Source: Squalus acanthias
Lineage: Eukaryota
DNA length: 64,000 nucleotides
NCBI GenBank assembly: GCA_030390025.1
Contig: CM059432.1
Span: 94,490,001-94,554,000, forward strand
Direction of reading: 5' to 3'
Shown: positions 26,010 to 38,824 of the stretch, in pieces
How the letters are laid out: every line of letters starts with the position of its first letter
Numbering within the stretch: the first letter of the stretch is position 1
The notes under the pieces: model-generated
The model's database searches: none
What the model saw: the letters and a program-made list of their open reading frames with translations, nothing else
Told to the model about the DNA's origin: nothing
Made by a program: the position numbers and the translations under genes

Positions 26010-27679
26010 GCATCTTCAGCCAGAAGTGCCGAGTGGATGATCCATATTGTCCTCCTCCTGAGATCCCCACCATCACAGAAGCCAGTCTTCAGCCAATTCA
26101 ATTCACTCCACGTGATATCAAGAAATGGCTGAGCGCACTGGATACAGCAAAGGCTATGGCCCCCGACAACATCCCGGCTATCGTGCTGAAGACTTGTGCT
26201 CCAGAACTAGCCGCGCCTCTAGCCAAGCTGTTCCAGTACAGCTACAACACTGGCATCTATCCGACAATGTGGAAAACTGCCCACGTATGTCCTGTCCACA
26301 AAAAGCAGGACAAATCCAATCCGGCCAATTACTGCCCCATCAGTCTACTCTCAATCATCAGCAAAGTGATGGAAGGTGTCATCCACGGTGCTATTAAGCA
26401 GCACTTACTCACCAATAACCTGCTCACTGATGCCCATTTTGGGTTCCGCCAAGACCACTTGGCTCCCGACCTCATTACAGCCTTGGTCCAAACATGGACA
26501 AAGGAGCTGAATTCCAGAGGTGAGGTGAGAGTGACTGCCCTTGACATCAAGGCAGCATTTGACCGAGTGTGACATCAAGGAGCCCTTGTAAAATTGAAGT
26601 CAATGGAAATCAGGGGAAAACTCTCCACTGGCTGGAGTCATACCTAGCACAAAGGAAGATGGTTGTGCTGGTTGAAGGTCAATCATCACAGCCCCAGGGC
26701 AGTGTCCTGGGCCCAACCATCTTCAGCTGCTTCATCAATGACCTTCCCTCCAACATAAGGTCAGAAATGGGGATGTTCGCTGATGACTGCAGTGTTCAGT
26801 GCCATTCACAACTCCTCAGATAATGAAGCAGTCCATGCCCGCATGCAACAAGACCTGGATGACGTTCAGGCTTGGGCTGAAAAGTGGCAGGTAACATTCG
26901 CGCCACAGAAGTGCCAGGCAATGACTATCTCCAACCAGCTAGAGTCTAACCACCGCCCCTTGACATTCAACGACAATCGCCGAATCCCCCACCATCAACA
27001 TCCTGGGGGTCATCATTGACCAGAAACTTAACTGGACCAGCCACATCAATACTGTGGCAACAAGAGCAGGTCAGAGGCTAGGTATTCTGTGGCGAGTGTC
27101 TCACCTCCTGACTCCACAAAGCCTTTCCACCATCTACAAGGCACAAGTAAGGAGTGTGATGGAATATTCTCCACTTACCTGGATGAGTGCAGCTCCAACA
27201 ACACTCAAAAAGCTCGACACCATCCAGGACAAAGCACCCCGCTTGATTGGCACCCCATCCACCACCTTAAACATTCACTTCCTCCACCACCGGCGTACCG
27301 TGGCTGCAGTGTGAACCATCTACAAGATGCACTGCAGCAACTCGCCAAGGCTTCTTCGACAGCACCTCCCAAACCCGTAACCTCTTCCACCTAGAATGAC
27401 AAGGGCAGCAGGCGATTGGGAACACCACCACCTCCAAGTTCCCCTCCAAGTCACACACCATCCTGATTTAGAAATATATCGCCGATCTTTCATCATCGCT
27501 GGGTCAAAATCCTGGAACTCCCTACCTAACAGCACTGTGGGAGTACCTTCACCACACGGACTGCAGCGGTTGAAGAAGGTGGCTCACCACCACCTTCTCA
27601 AGGGCAATTAGGGCTCTGCAATAAATGCTGACCTTGCCAGCGACACCCACATCGTGTAAACAATTAAAAAAAAAAAAAA
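26010..27679 (+). mobile_element. LINE-B (CR1/L2-group non-LTR) 3' half
   Basis: [39 protein letters not shown] and FADD motifs; 3' tail ending in poly(A). Confidence 0.92.
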
Positions 27680-28214
27680 TCACAAAATGGAAAGAGCTGA
27701 GCACTTGCCAACATCTGAACTTCGGGATTAAAGCCTGAAATCCATCCCGTGCATCTATTATTTTTGATAATGCTTAATGGGAACTTTATTGCTTTTTGGT
27801 TTCTTTTTCTCAACTGCTGCAGGTGTCATGACAGACAGAGATGCATAGTTTATTATGATTAGTCGATGCACACTGATGTGCCCACACTAAGGATTTAATG
27901 ATTGTGGTTTAGGCCTGAAAAATCCTGGGTCCCCAATCCAGCACCGTAAGTGTGGGGGAGAAGGATGACCCCATCAGAAATCCCATGGTAAGCTACTTTA
28001 AATAATGTTGGCGTGGCAGGGGTGGGACTCTCGCCTGCAGGGGCCCAGACACCCCAGGGGAGCCTGGAAAATTCGGAGAGAGTAGCAGAAGGGAGCAACT
28101 TCCATATTTACAAAACTCCATGCATTGGATGATCTTGGGTGTCTTACCATGAAGAGAACAATGCTAGCAGAGCATCAGACACAGATGGAGTTTCAGAATG
28201 TCATTTCCCAAAAT

Positions 28215-28945
28215 AAGAATCTAAGTGGGGTAGAGGAGCAAAGGGATCTCAGAGGGCAAATACACAAATCACTAAAAGTATTGATGCAGGTTAACAAGGC
28301 CAAAAAAAAACCAAACCAAGCTCTAGGGTTTATTTCTAGAGGGATAGAAATGAAAAGTAGTGAAGTTATGCTAAACTTGTATTGAACCTTGGAGTACTGC
28401 ATACAATTCTGGTCGCCATATTATAAAAAGGATATAGAGGCACTGGAGAGGGTGCAGAGAAGATTTATAAGGATGATGCTAGAAAGGCGAGGGTATACCT
28501 ATCAGGAAAGGATGAACAGGCTGTGTCTCTTCTCTCTGGAAAAGAGAAGGCTGAGGGGTGACCTAATAGAGGTCTTCAAAATCAAGAGAGGTTTTGATAG
28601 AGTAGATAGAGAGTGTTTCCACTTGTGGGGAAGAGAAAAACTAGAGGCCATCAATATAAGATAGTTACCAAGAAATCAAATAAGGAATTCAGAAGAAACT
28701 TCTTTACCCAGAGAGTGGTGAGAATGGGGAACTCGCTACCACAGGGAGTGGTTGAAGCGAATAGTATAGATGCATTTAAAGGTCGGTTAGATAAGCATAT
28801 GAGGGAGAAGGGAATAGAGGGTTATGCTGATAGAGTTAGATGAGGAAAGATGGGAGGAGGCTCGAGTTGAGCATAAACGCTGGCATGGACTGGTTGAGCC
28901 GAATGGCCTGTTTCTGTGCTGTATATCCTATGTAATGTAATCCTA
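28215..28945 (+). mobile_element. CR1 3' fragment
   Basis: LEYCIQFWSP and RRNFFTQRVVR peptides, followed by a CR1 3'UTR. Confidence 0.9.
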
Positions 28946-29871
28946 TGAGGCAAAAGGCTGGGATAGCGGTGCAGTCCACTGCCATGCTGTGCACGAACAT
29001 CCTAGAGGAGTTCAACTCATTGCAGGGCAGCCTGGAGAAAGTGGCAGCTGCAGGAGCATCTACAAATTTTCTCCTGCTTCATGAGAGCTCCAAGCACGTC
29101 AGTGAACTCCATGCGAAGGCACTGAATAACGGACTGCAGGACTTGGGGGACCATCTGGCAAAGTTGGTGTCAACTGGATTGCAAAGTATACAGGGCAGCA
29201 TCTCAAAGGGACTGAAGGATATTTGATGGAATCACCCTCAAGGATTTAATGATATTCATGATTCCGTGGGGTCCGTTCTCCCACTGATTGCCAGCAACCG
29301 GAAACCTGTTCCTAGTCAAATTGAGAAGCTGGTTGACGTGCCTCAGAGGCTGCTTCCCCTCGTGCCAGCAGGAAAGAGGAGCAGAAGTTTCCCGCAGAAA
29401 TCTTCATCTTTACAGAACCAAGATGTTAAGGAGCCTATTTCCATCACAGGACTTGGTGCCTTGACAAGAGGGTCACCTCCATCCCAAGAGGCTCATAATA
29501 TTTTGCAGCAGGCATCTATATCTCAGACAGCAGGTCCTCAGGTGACATGTAGATGAAGTATTAGAATAAGGTGCGAACAAAGCCGAAATTTATTGCCATT
29601 CCCTGGTAATGTGCCACACGGTGCCATTTGCTGGCAGGGATGCCAAGGCAGATAGTGATGGGTCATCAGCTCCCATGGTTGAATCATGCAATTTGACAAT
29701 GGCGATGTTATATCACTTGATGTGGTATTGTACCTTCTTAACTAACAAGTTGAGATTTATTTAAACTGAATGGTACAGGCAACCATCATATCTTTTGTAG
29801 AATGCAAAGCATATTTGTTCCTCTAAATATGAAATGAAATGTAATCTGAAGATATTTTTAAATTCCCTTAC

Positions 29872-29986
29872 TAAGTGGTGGCTGCAGTGGGTGATTTGTC
29901 TTGGCACACCATCCAGCAGGGTGAATGTCATGGTGATCTGCGTCTAACCAGTAATCGTAATTGTGACTCCACCCATCAAAATGGAT
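29872..29986 (-). CDS. L3MBTL1: L3MBTL-family coding exon, second half of MBT repeat (IHFDGWSHNYDYWLDADHHDIHPAGWCAKTNHPLQPPL)
   Basis: 115 bp, phase 0/1. Acceptor TTTCAG, donor A|GTAAGG. MBT motif HFDGW...YDYW....DIHP.GWC....HPLQPP. In frame with the upstream exon. WSH, DH and PAGW resemble L3MBTL1 as I recall it. Confidence 0.92.
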
Positions 29987-30214
29987 CTGAAAGGAAACAA
30001 GGAAAATGCATTCAATATTTACTTTTACTATACTTTTGAAAACCCAAAGTAGAGGCATAAAAGTTTTAAAATCCCTAATTATTTAAAGGAGGAAATCTCA
30101 CCATCACTAACCCACTTAATGATCAACAGTTGAAAAGAATTTATTGGGACTGAAATCCGGTACCACACCTGCCAGTTTAGATCCTGACAGATATTGCAGT
30201 CAGTAGGAAAGTAC

Positions 30215-30563
30215 TTTTTTTATTCGTTCCTGGGATGTGGGCGTCACTGGCAAGGCCAGCATTTATTGCCCATCCCTAACTGCCCTTGAGAAGGTGGTGG
30301 TGAGCTGCCTTCTTGAACCGCTGCAGTCCGTGTGGTGAAGGTACTCCCACAGACTAGTCAAGCAACAGCCTGACATAGTCATGCTCACAGAATCATACCT
30401 TTCAGCCAATGTCCCAGACTCATCCATCACCATCCCTGGGTATATCCTATCCCACCGGCAGGACAGACCCACCAGAGGTGGTGGCACAGTGGTATACAGT
30501 CAAGAAGGAGTGGCCCTGGGAGTCCTCAACATTGATGTTGGATCCCATGAAGTCTCCTGGCAT
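30215..30563. mobile_element. LINE-B chimera: minus-strand 3' tail joined to plus-strand endonuclease fragment
   Basis: Junction falls in shared TCCCACAG at 30345-30352. Confidence 0.8.
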
Positions 30564-30719
30564 TCAACAATTAGAGGCCTAATTTATACCTGTACTGTGT
30601 GCTCTATGGATGTGCATCGGCAGTGATGAAAGAGCTGGTGAGTGCTTGGCATGTGCCAGCAGTATATATGCAACAGCTTGCCCTGCAACATCTTGTTATT
30701 CATAAATCAGTTATACCTG

Positions 30720-30960
30720 ATAAATGGAAAGAACTGTACTCTTGCCTTATCAGATCTTTAAGATGCGCCATCTTATACATTTTTTGTTTCCAGGTCTTAC
30801 AAGTAGTGCAGGTAGCATTGAATTTGCCTGCCACCTCCTGCCAGGCATGTCCGCCATGGAGGTTACCCGGGTAAACAGGGCAACCCTCCAGTATCCACCT
30901 CATGCAGCAGCACGTCTACTCACCAGCCATGAAACAGTATTCGGGGGCTGCACCACTCCA
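30720..30960 (-). pseudogene. Second Harbinger Myb/SANT-like remnant
   Basis: AWQEVAGKFNATCTTCKTWKQ fits the W..VA...NA....RT..Q pattern. Confidence 0.55.
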
Positions 30961-31089
30961 TCTCTAGCCCTCAGACCCCATTGCCAGCCACCTCTTGGAC
31001 TCAAACAGCCTTTGGTGAGATTAAAAGGCCCAGCAGATACTTCCAGCCTTTTTAAAGGTTAAACCAATTTAAAAGCTGCTGATGCATGA

Positions 31090-32940
31090 TTTCTATGATA
31101 GAATTCTTCATTGAGATGGAGAGTGAAGTAGTTGACTCAGAGACTTGGGTCCTGAATTTAAATAAAGGAAACTACGATGGTATGAGGCGCGAGTTGGCTA
31201 GGATGGATTGGGGAACGTTACTTAAAGGATTGACAGGGGATAGGCAATGGCAAACATTTAAGATCACATGGATGAACTAATGAGAGGGAGGAACTGAATG
31301 AAATCAGTATTTGTAGGGAAATGGTGTTTGGGAAATTGACGGGATTGAAGGCCGATAAATCCCCAGGGCCTGATAATCTACATCCTAGGATACTTAAGGA
31401 AGTGGCCCTAGAAATAGTAGATGCATTGCTGGTTATCTTCCAAAATTCTATAGACTCTGGAACAGTTCCCATGGATTGGAGGTGGCTAATGTAGCCCCAC
31501 TATTTAAAAAAGGTGGTAGAGAGAAAACGGGGAATTATAGACCGGTAAGCCTAACATCGGTAGTGGGGAAAATGCTAGAGTCCATTATAAAAGATGTACT
31601 GTAATAGCAGAGCACTTGGAAAACAGTGACAGGATTGGACAAAGTCAACATGGATTTACAAAAGGTAAATCATGCTTGACTAATCTACTGGAATTTTTTG
31701 AGCATGTAACTGGTAGAATAGATAAGGGAGAACCAGTGGATGTGGTGTATTTGGACTTTCAGAAGGCTTTCGATAAGGTCCCGCATAAGAGATTAGCGTG
31801 CAAAGTTAAAGCACATGGGATTGGGGGTAAGGTACTGACTTGGATAGAGAACTGGCTGGCAGACAGGAAGCAAAGAGTTGGAATAAAAGGGTCTTTTTCC
31901 GAGTGGCAGGCAGTGTCTAGTGGGGTACCGCAGGGATCGGTGCTAGGACCCCAGTTATTCACAATATATATTAATGATCTAGACGAGGGAACTAGATGTA
32001 ATATCTCCAAGTTTGCAGATGATACAAAGCTGGGTGGGCGTGTGTGCTGTGAGGAGGATGCAGAGAAACTCCAGTATGATTTGGACAGGTTGGGTGATTG
32101 GGCAGATGCATGGCAGATGCAGTATAATGTGGATAAATGCGAGGTTATCCACTTTGGTGGCAAAAACAGGAAGGCAGATTATTATCTGAACGGCAATAGA
32201 TTGGGAAAAGGGGGAGTGCAACGAGACCTGGGTGTCCTTGTGCACCAGTCGCTGAAGGTAAGCATGCAGGTGCAGCAGGCGGTTAAGAAGGCAAATGGTA
32301 TGTTGGCCTTCATAGCGAGAGGATTCGAGTACAGGAGCAAGGAGGTCTTGCTGCAGTTGTACAGGGCTTTGGTGAGACCACACCTTGAGTATTGTGTGCA
32401 GTTTTGGTCGCCTTATCTGAGGAAGGATGTTCTTGCCATGGAGGGAGTGCAGCGAAGATTCACCAGACTGATACCTGGGATGGCAGGAATGACGTATGAA
32501 GAGAGATTGGGTCGATTGGGCTTGTATTCGCTAGAGTTTAGAAGAATGAGAGGGGATCTCATTGAAACTTATAAAATTCTAACAGGACTAGACAGACTAG
32601 ATGCAGGAAGGATGTTCCCGATGGTGGGGGAGTCCAGAACCAGGGGTCACAGTCTAAAGATAAGGGGTAAGCCATTTAGGACTGAGATGAGGAGGGATTT
32701 ATTCATCCAGAGAGTGGTGAACCTGTGGAATTCTCTATCACAGAAGACAGTTGAGTCCAATTCATTAAATATATTCAAGAAGGAGTTAGATATATTTCTT
32801 AAGACTAAGGGGATCTAGGGATATGGGGAGAAAGCAGGGACTGGGTACTGAATTTGGATGATCAGCCAAGATCGGATTGAATGGCGGAGCAGGCTCGAGG
32901 GGCCGAATGGCCTACTCCTGCTCCTATCTTCTATGTTTCT
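31090..32940 (+). mobile_element. CR1 with internal deletion; 400-aa RT ORF at 31616-32818
   Basis: Near-identical to the 46094 and 60552 subfamily. A jump at ~31279 removes several hundred bp. Confidence 0.95.
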
Positions 32941-33459
32941 CACCCCCTTGTGGTGAGCTCTGACCATCAGACCAATGTAAAATTAAACTGACCCTGGAAA
33001 TTTCTACAGCAGCGGCACTCTTGCAATCAGGCAGACGGAAATCCTGCCATGCATACTTCTGGTGGGTCCACTCTTGGACCCACAAATCAGGGCTAGTGTT
33101 TCCTCACAATCAGTTTCCTAATGTTACCTATATTCATAGGGGTAGATTTTAACTATTGGGTGGCCTACCAGAGGCTCGGTCCATTTTGAGAGTAGGGCCT
33201 CATTACCATACAGCCAGTGGGCTGTGGCTGCTAAATGAGCCTCCCACTACAGCTCACCAGCACCCGGCTGGCGCAATATCAGGCAACCCAGAAGCCAATC
33301 TGATTGGCACCAAGTTAGGTCCGGGAGAGCCGTTCGCAGAAGGGGGAGGAACCCAGGGCAGCAGCAGCCCGCATTATTTTTGTGGAGTCCAGAAGAGCAC
33401 CTCTGCTCCTCCTGGCTGCACAAAAATAATTAACAACTTTCCTTTTTGGCTCTCTTTCA

Positions 33460-34866
33460 GAATGAAAGATGCATTTGGGCAGAGGGTGCGTGAAGGAATA
33501 TGCCATATTCAGAAAAATACACCATCCTATGAAATATTCTAGCCTTTAAAACATGACAAACTAGGCTTGAAAATCTGGAAGCCTCAACAATGAAAAGCTA
33601 TAAACAGAATACAGGCTTTTGAGATAAGATAAGTTGTTGACACTGAAACAAAAGCCCTATTGAAGCAGAGGGTTAGAGGTTCCCAAAAGTCTGCAGCTTG
33701 GAAAGAACACAATACCATACCCAGTTAAAGGTGTCTTAAACCAACACTTTGAAATGAAACACAGAACATTAAAGAAACATGTGCCTTTGTAAAAATGACA
33801 TCAAGTAAAAGGAACACCTGCCGTCAAATCGTTTTTATGTTAAACTTAGAACACGGAGACAGGAGTCTGTGGTACAACCAGTTGAGGTAGCTAGGGGGAC
33901 AATGGTGTACCCGGTTGAAGTGTTTTTAATTTACATGTTGTAAAAAGATACAAACAGAAGGCTTTCGTAAATATGACATCAATAGATGCAACAGCCATCA
34001 CATTGTTTTTGTGTTAACTTGGAACACCTAGGAGACACGAAGTCTGCTTACAACCAGCTACGGTGACTTAAGAATTGAATAGAAGACCTTCGTGAGAATG
34101 ACATCAAATAGATACATCTGTTACAACCGTTTTTTATGATGAACTTGAAACACCTAAAGGAGAGACACGAGTCTGAAAGCTACAAGCTGAACTAACTGTA
34201 AGAATAGAAGGGGTCAACAGAAAAATGACTAGAGATAATTAGCTTACATCAGCAGAAAACTTCAAAGGATATATCACTGAGAAAGAGTATAAATATAGAA
34301 CTTTCAAATGGGAAGACCGAATTCGCTGGAAGGGGCAAAGTGATTCTCAGCTTCAGAGGCAATCTCTAAGTTTTCAACTCTTTGAGTCTCGGGGATCAAG
34401 GTATTTGATTTTGGTGGATGTCCTGGAATAAGACTAAGTAAGAAATGTAAAAATGTAACGAAGTTAAGATTTGAGAATAAGGATCGCTGATAATAAGAAT
34501 TGCAAGCTTTTTGTTTTTGGAATTGTTAAAGTTGCGATTGAATCACCAACTGTAAATTACATGTCGGTTCTTTAATAAATCTATATTTTTTTAGAATTGT
34601 CTCAAATAGTACTTCTGTATCAAACTCGCGAACTCAATCTCTGTGTACTCTTTGGTGAGGAGTTGCAGAATTCTGGGGGAGTTTTCCGGACCCTCATAAT
34701 ATCCGGAAGGTTACAGTCTAGCTAAACTTATTAAAAGTGCTATCTGGAGGACGGTAACGTCTTCAGGCTGTTCCTTTCCTTTCGGGAGAGATAGTCTGGA
34801 CCTTTAGACCCAATTGAGCGTCTTTTGGATCCGGCTACCTCTAACTTTAGTTAAAGGTGAACGTCT
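33460..34866 (+). mobile_element. Putative long solo LTR (retrovirus-like)
   Basis: Three ~100-bp degenerate direct repeats starting ATGACATCAA, TATAAATA near 34288 and AATAAA at 34574. Ends and TSD not resolved. Confidence 0.45.
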
Positions 34867-35451
34867 GGGGAATACGCCTGATCCGGGGTAGCCCGAAAAG
34901 GGCTAGGACTAGTACTAATCCTTTCAGGTGCATGGTGCGGGCTTCGCCCAGCTGTGTTCCAAAATGGCAATCGGGGTCCTACTTACGTCATAGAACGCCG
35001 ATTTGCATAGTACCGGCTGAATCAGGAGTGCACGCCGACCTTTCCAAAGATGGCGTCGGCCAGATCGGGACTGAGAATGGGGCACAGCGCTTTCCCCCAC
35101 CATTTTAGGGCACTAAAATTACCATCCAGAAAATCTCCTCCCTAATTTCCAGAATAAGTAAGAAAAAAAAATTATATCTGGACATTTTAATGGTTTGTTT
35201 TTTAAATGGGGAGAGATGATGAGATTATTATTTCAGATTGATTAACTAACATCTACACAAGGAGCAACATGATATAACTTGTTAAAACAACTGAGAAAAT
35301 CTTACTGCTCAAACAGAGTCAGTGATTAAATGTCAGCAGGTGGAATCTCATAGCAATTCTCAATTCTCCACTGCAGCAAGGTGAAGCTTTGCAAACTTAA
35401 TTAACTGTAAAGAAGTTCATTTGTGTTCCCTGGCTTATTTTAGATGAGTTT

Positions 35452-36235
35452 GGGGGCGATTTTGCCAGCCCTGGGGAGGCGGGTTTGGAGGCGGGACTGC
35501 CAGGAAAATGGCAGAATCTGGGGGCGGGTACCCATCCCGCCCCCAACCCTCCTCTGTACCATCTTCCCAGGAGGCGGGTACCACACCCACGCCAGGTCCC
35601 GTCTCCTGGAGGCGGGAAGGGGATTACAGCCACTTAACTGCCTGTTAACGTCGTCGGGAAACCCTGCCAGGGTCAGCGAGGCAAGCAGTGGGTCTGTGGG
35701 GGTCGGAGGGGTCCAAAATTGCGCTGTGGAGGTGAGTGATGGGTGCAAGTGTGGAGAGGTAAGTATGGGAGGTGAGTGAAAAGTGTTAGAAAATGTTTAC
35801 TTACCTTTGTTTCTTCCTGCAGGCTTCAATCATTGGGGATCCGGAGGCTCCAGCATCTCAATGGCAGAGATGACAGAATGGCTGCTGCATTCTCCGATGC
35901 AACAGCCATCTGCTTTCTGCTCAGAAAATAGGTTTGGTGAGCCTTGAGTACAAGAACTCACCAAACAACAGAGATTGTCAGTGTTTGACAGCTTCTCAAA
36001 GCTGTCAAACGATGACAATTCATCTGTCAAAAATTTTTGACAGATGAAACGTCATACACTGACGTTCTCTGTCACCGGCTTCCCCTTAATTGGCCTGCTA
36101 AACCCACTGGGCGGGCTTAATAAGGTCAATCAAGGGAAAATAGCGTGGGTTGGCCACAAGTCGATGGAGGCGGGACTAAAACCCGACAAGCAGCAGTCCC
36201 GCCTCCAACGCGCTCCCATTGGCAAAATCATCCCC
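35452..36235. mobile_element. Harbinger-type MITE
   Basis: 16-bp TIRs GGGGGCGATTTTGCCA...TGGCAAAATCATCCCC and TSD TTT. Confidence 0.85.
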
Positions 36236-36447
36236 TTTATTTCAGTAAGTTTTGTCCGAATATATAAAATTCTAACATTTGAAAATCCAACTCAACTGCC
36301 ATATTTAAACTCATTAAAACAAATATACAGAATTCTTGGCAAGTGGAGCCACAGTGTCCCGAAATAAACTGTGGCTGAGATTTGACTAAGGCATACAACG
36401 CTCTGATAGAAGAAACTTCTTAAAAAGTCTTGTGATTTCCAAATAAT

Positions 36448-37048
36448 GGGGGAGAAACTGGCCTGTGTTGTGCCTGATTTCTGGGCTTTAATGTGTGTTT
36501 AGAGGATGTATTTTGGGTGGCGGTATCCCACGGCCTCCTCCCCTCCCCGCCCCCTGGAAGTGCAGCAAAATGGCAGGTGTCAACTTCCGAGTGTCCAGGG
36601 CGCTCACCTGAAACAGGCGTTGGGTGTCTTGAGTATGCTAAGCCGGGGCCTAATACCTGCTTTAGGAGCACGCTCCCAAATTCAGCAGAAATTGGGCGGA
36701 GCATGCGCTTAAAGTGACCGCTAGAGGCCGCCAACGAAAAGACTAGTAATTTTTTTTAAACTTACCTTAATGTGGAGCCAGGAGGAACAGGAGTGCTCCT
36801 CCTGGCTCCACAGCAGGACTGTGGGCTGCTGCCAGCCCGGATCAGCACTGTTCCTGTTCACCTCCCCCAGCCCTTCCAGGACTTACCTGTGGGCCGCCTC
36901 AGTGTCAAGTCGATTGATTTTGCAAAAGCCTCAACTGGTGTCCACAGCTCACCAGTTTTACGGAAATGAGGCCCGAGGAGCAAGCCTCGACCATCTTCAG
37001 GTGTGCGTTCCAGGTTTGCCAAACTGGTGCAAAACCAATTTCTCGGCC
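36448..37048. mobile_element. Harbinger-type MITE
   Basis: TIRs GGGGGAGAAACTGG...CCAATTTCTCGGCC and TSD AAT. Confidence 0.8.
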
Positions 37049-37514
37049 AATGATTACTGAGTCCCAGTTTCAAACTTTTCTCAGAATTCTGGAACATCTG
37101 TTTGTTAATTAGGTAACAGCTAAGGGTTATAAGATTATTTAGTTTTGCACTTTGAGTTTGTGTCATGTCTTATTCAACAGTCGAGGCTCCTATTTGTACC
37201 ACTATGCACTATATGAAGCAAAACAAAGGAGAATAACATTTGAGCAGTATATATTGTGTGACCTCAACTGTTCAGAGCCTGAGTATGGGATCCAATAAAT
37301 AAAACAAAGAAAGACTTGCATTTATATAGCGCCTTTCACAGCCTCAAGACATCCCAAAGCGCTTAACAGCTCATGAAGTACTTATAATGTAGGATAGCAA
37401 ATATTGCTTTAGTTCCCTTGAAGTTTCTGCATGAGTTACATATATTCCTTGAGCAAAGCAAGAATGGGTTGATGTCTTTCCCTGTGAGATAAATTTAATG
37501 CAGAGATGACAGGT

Positions 37515-37890
37515 AACAGTCTCGCCTCTGAATCAGAAGGTTGTGGGTTCAAGTTCCACTCCAGAGACTTGAGCACAAAATCTAGGCTGACACCTCAGTG
37601 CTGTGCCGACTTTCGGATGAGACCCATCTGCCCTCTCAGGTGGACATAAAAGATCCCATGGCACTATTCAAAGAGCAGGGGAGTTCTCCTCCATGTCGTG
37701 GCCAACATTTATCCCTCAACTAACATCAGCTTATCTGGTAATTAACTTGTTGCTGTTTGTGGGTCCTTGTGCTGCCACGTTTCCTAAATTACAACGTGAC
37801 AACACTTAAAAAAAGTACTTCATTGGCTGTAAAGAGCTTTGCGACGTCCTGAGGTCGTGAAAATTGCGATATAAATACAAGTCTTTCTTT
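37515..37890 (+). mobile_element. Deu-domain SINE (older, with deletions)
   Basis: Homologous to 4510-5250. An inverted tail fragment lies at 37307-37392. Confidence 0.85.
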
Positions 37891-38824
37891 CATATGACTT
37901 TGGATTTTTCTCTTTATTGATACAACTTGTAGCTTAAACAACAAATTCAGATTTCACATAAGGGAAAAAATGCAATTTTCTTTCTTCGCTGAGTGCTTTT
38001 AGTGGAATGCAAATAAGCATATGGTACAGAAGTGCTCGCTGCCAAATTAGAAGCCTGGAGGGCTAAAATTAGAATCTTTCTACATTTTTTAAATATGCAT
38101 TTTGGCAAAAAAAACCTTGATTTTAAATCTTAAAAGCATGAATCACAGCATCACACTGTTTTTTATGACCTTCAAACCTTTGGGATAATTTGTGCATCAG
38201 GATAGGATGAGGGACCTTTTTCAGCTCAGCATGCTTGATATGAATATCATGCAAGAATAGAATTGATTCTAGCATACTTGTATATCTAGATTCCAGTCCA
38301 CTAGAACTAGGTGCACAGCTGGTTGGATTAAAAATGGTAGCACTCCATTGTGGTACAATATGCCACCGTATGCAGTGATAGAACAGGAGTTTGTTCCTAA
38401 AACTTCACAATTAGCAAGGTCATACACTCAGTTGCACTGACAGGGGCCCACAATGAAAAGAGGCTGTGTATTTCTTCACAAGGTGAATGGTACAATTAAT
38501 GGTAAGTCACCAACGCTGTCCAACTCCCTGAAGCCAATTACGGAGTGGCATTGATAGAGGCTGGGACAAGGTCCCCTGACCAGAGTTTTAATAAAATGGT
38601 GCATATAAAGATGGGGTCGGGGCGGGGCGAGATAATAAGTCCGTACTCCCTTTATTTTCCTTGATTTTTTTCAGCAATGTACTTGTATTTATCCCATTCA
38701 AGTATATCTATCGTATTTTAAAGAAAACACAATGGTGCGATATTCAAAGCACTTAATACTTTTGATGTGAACCAACTTACCCTATGCCCTGCCAATCACT
38801 TCTTACGATCAGCAAGAACATATT

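Noticed and set aside
28945..29570. Possible remnant of another Harbinger Myb gene's last exon
   Set aside because: Only compositional similarity and a basic C-terminal motif; too weak to call.
29858..30058. ORF-track ORFs 29858-30058 and 55705-55926 as complete CDSs
   Set aside because: Only the splice-bounded parts are MBT-like; the rest is intron.
31616..32818. 400-aa RT ORF as an active or domesticated gene
   Set aside because: Part of an internally deleted CR1 with upstream frameshifts, near-identical to other copies.
33139..35142. Single MITE spanning the LTR-like block
   Set aside because: Ends resemble Harbinger TIRs, but the flanking trinucleotides (ATA versus TAA) do not match.
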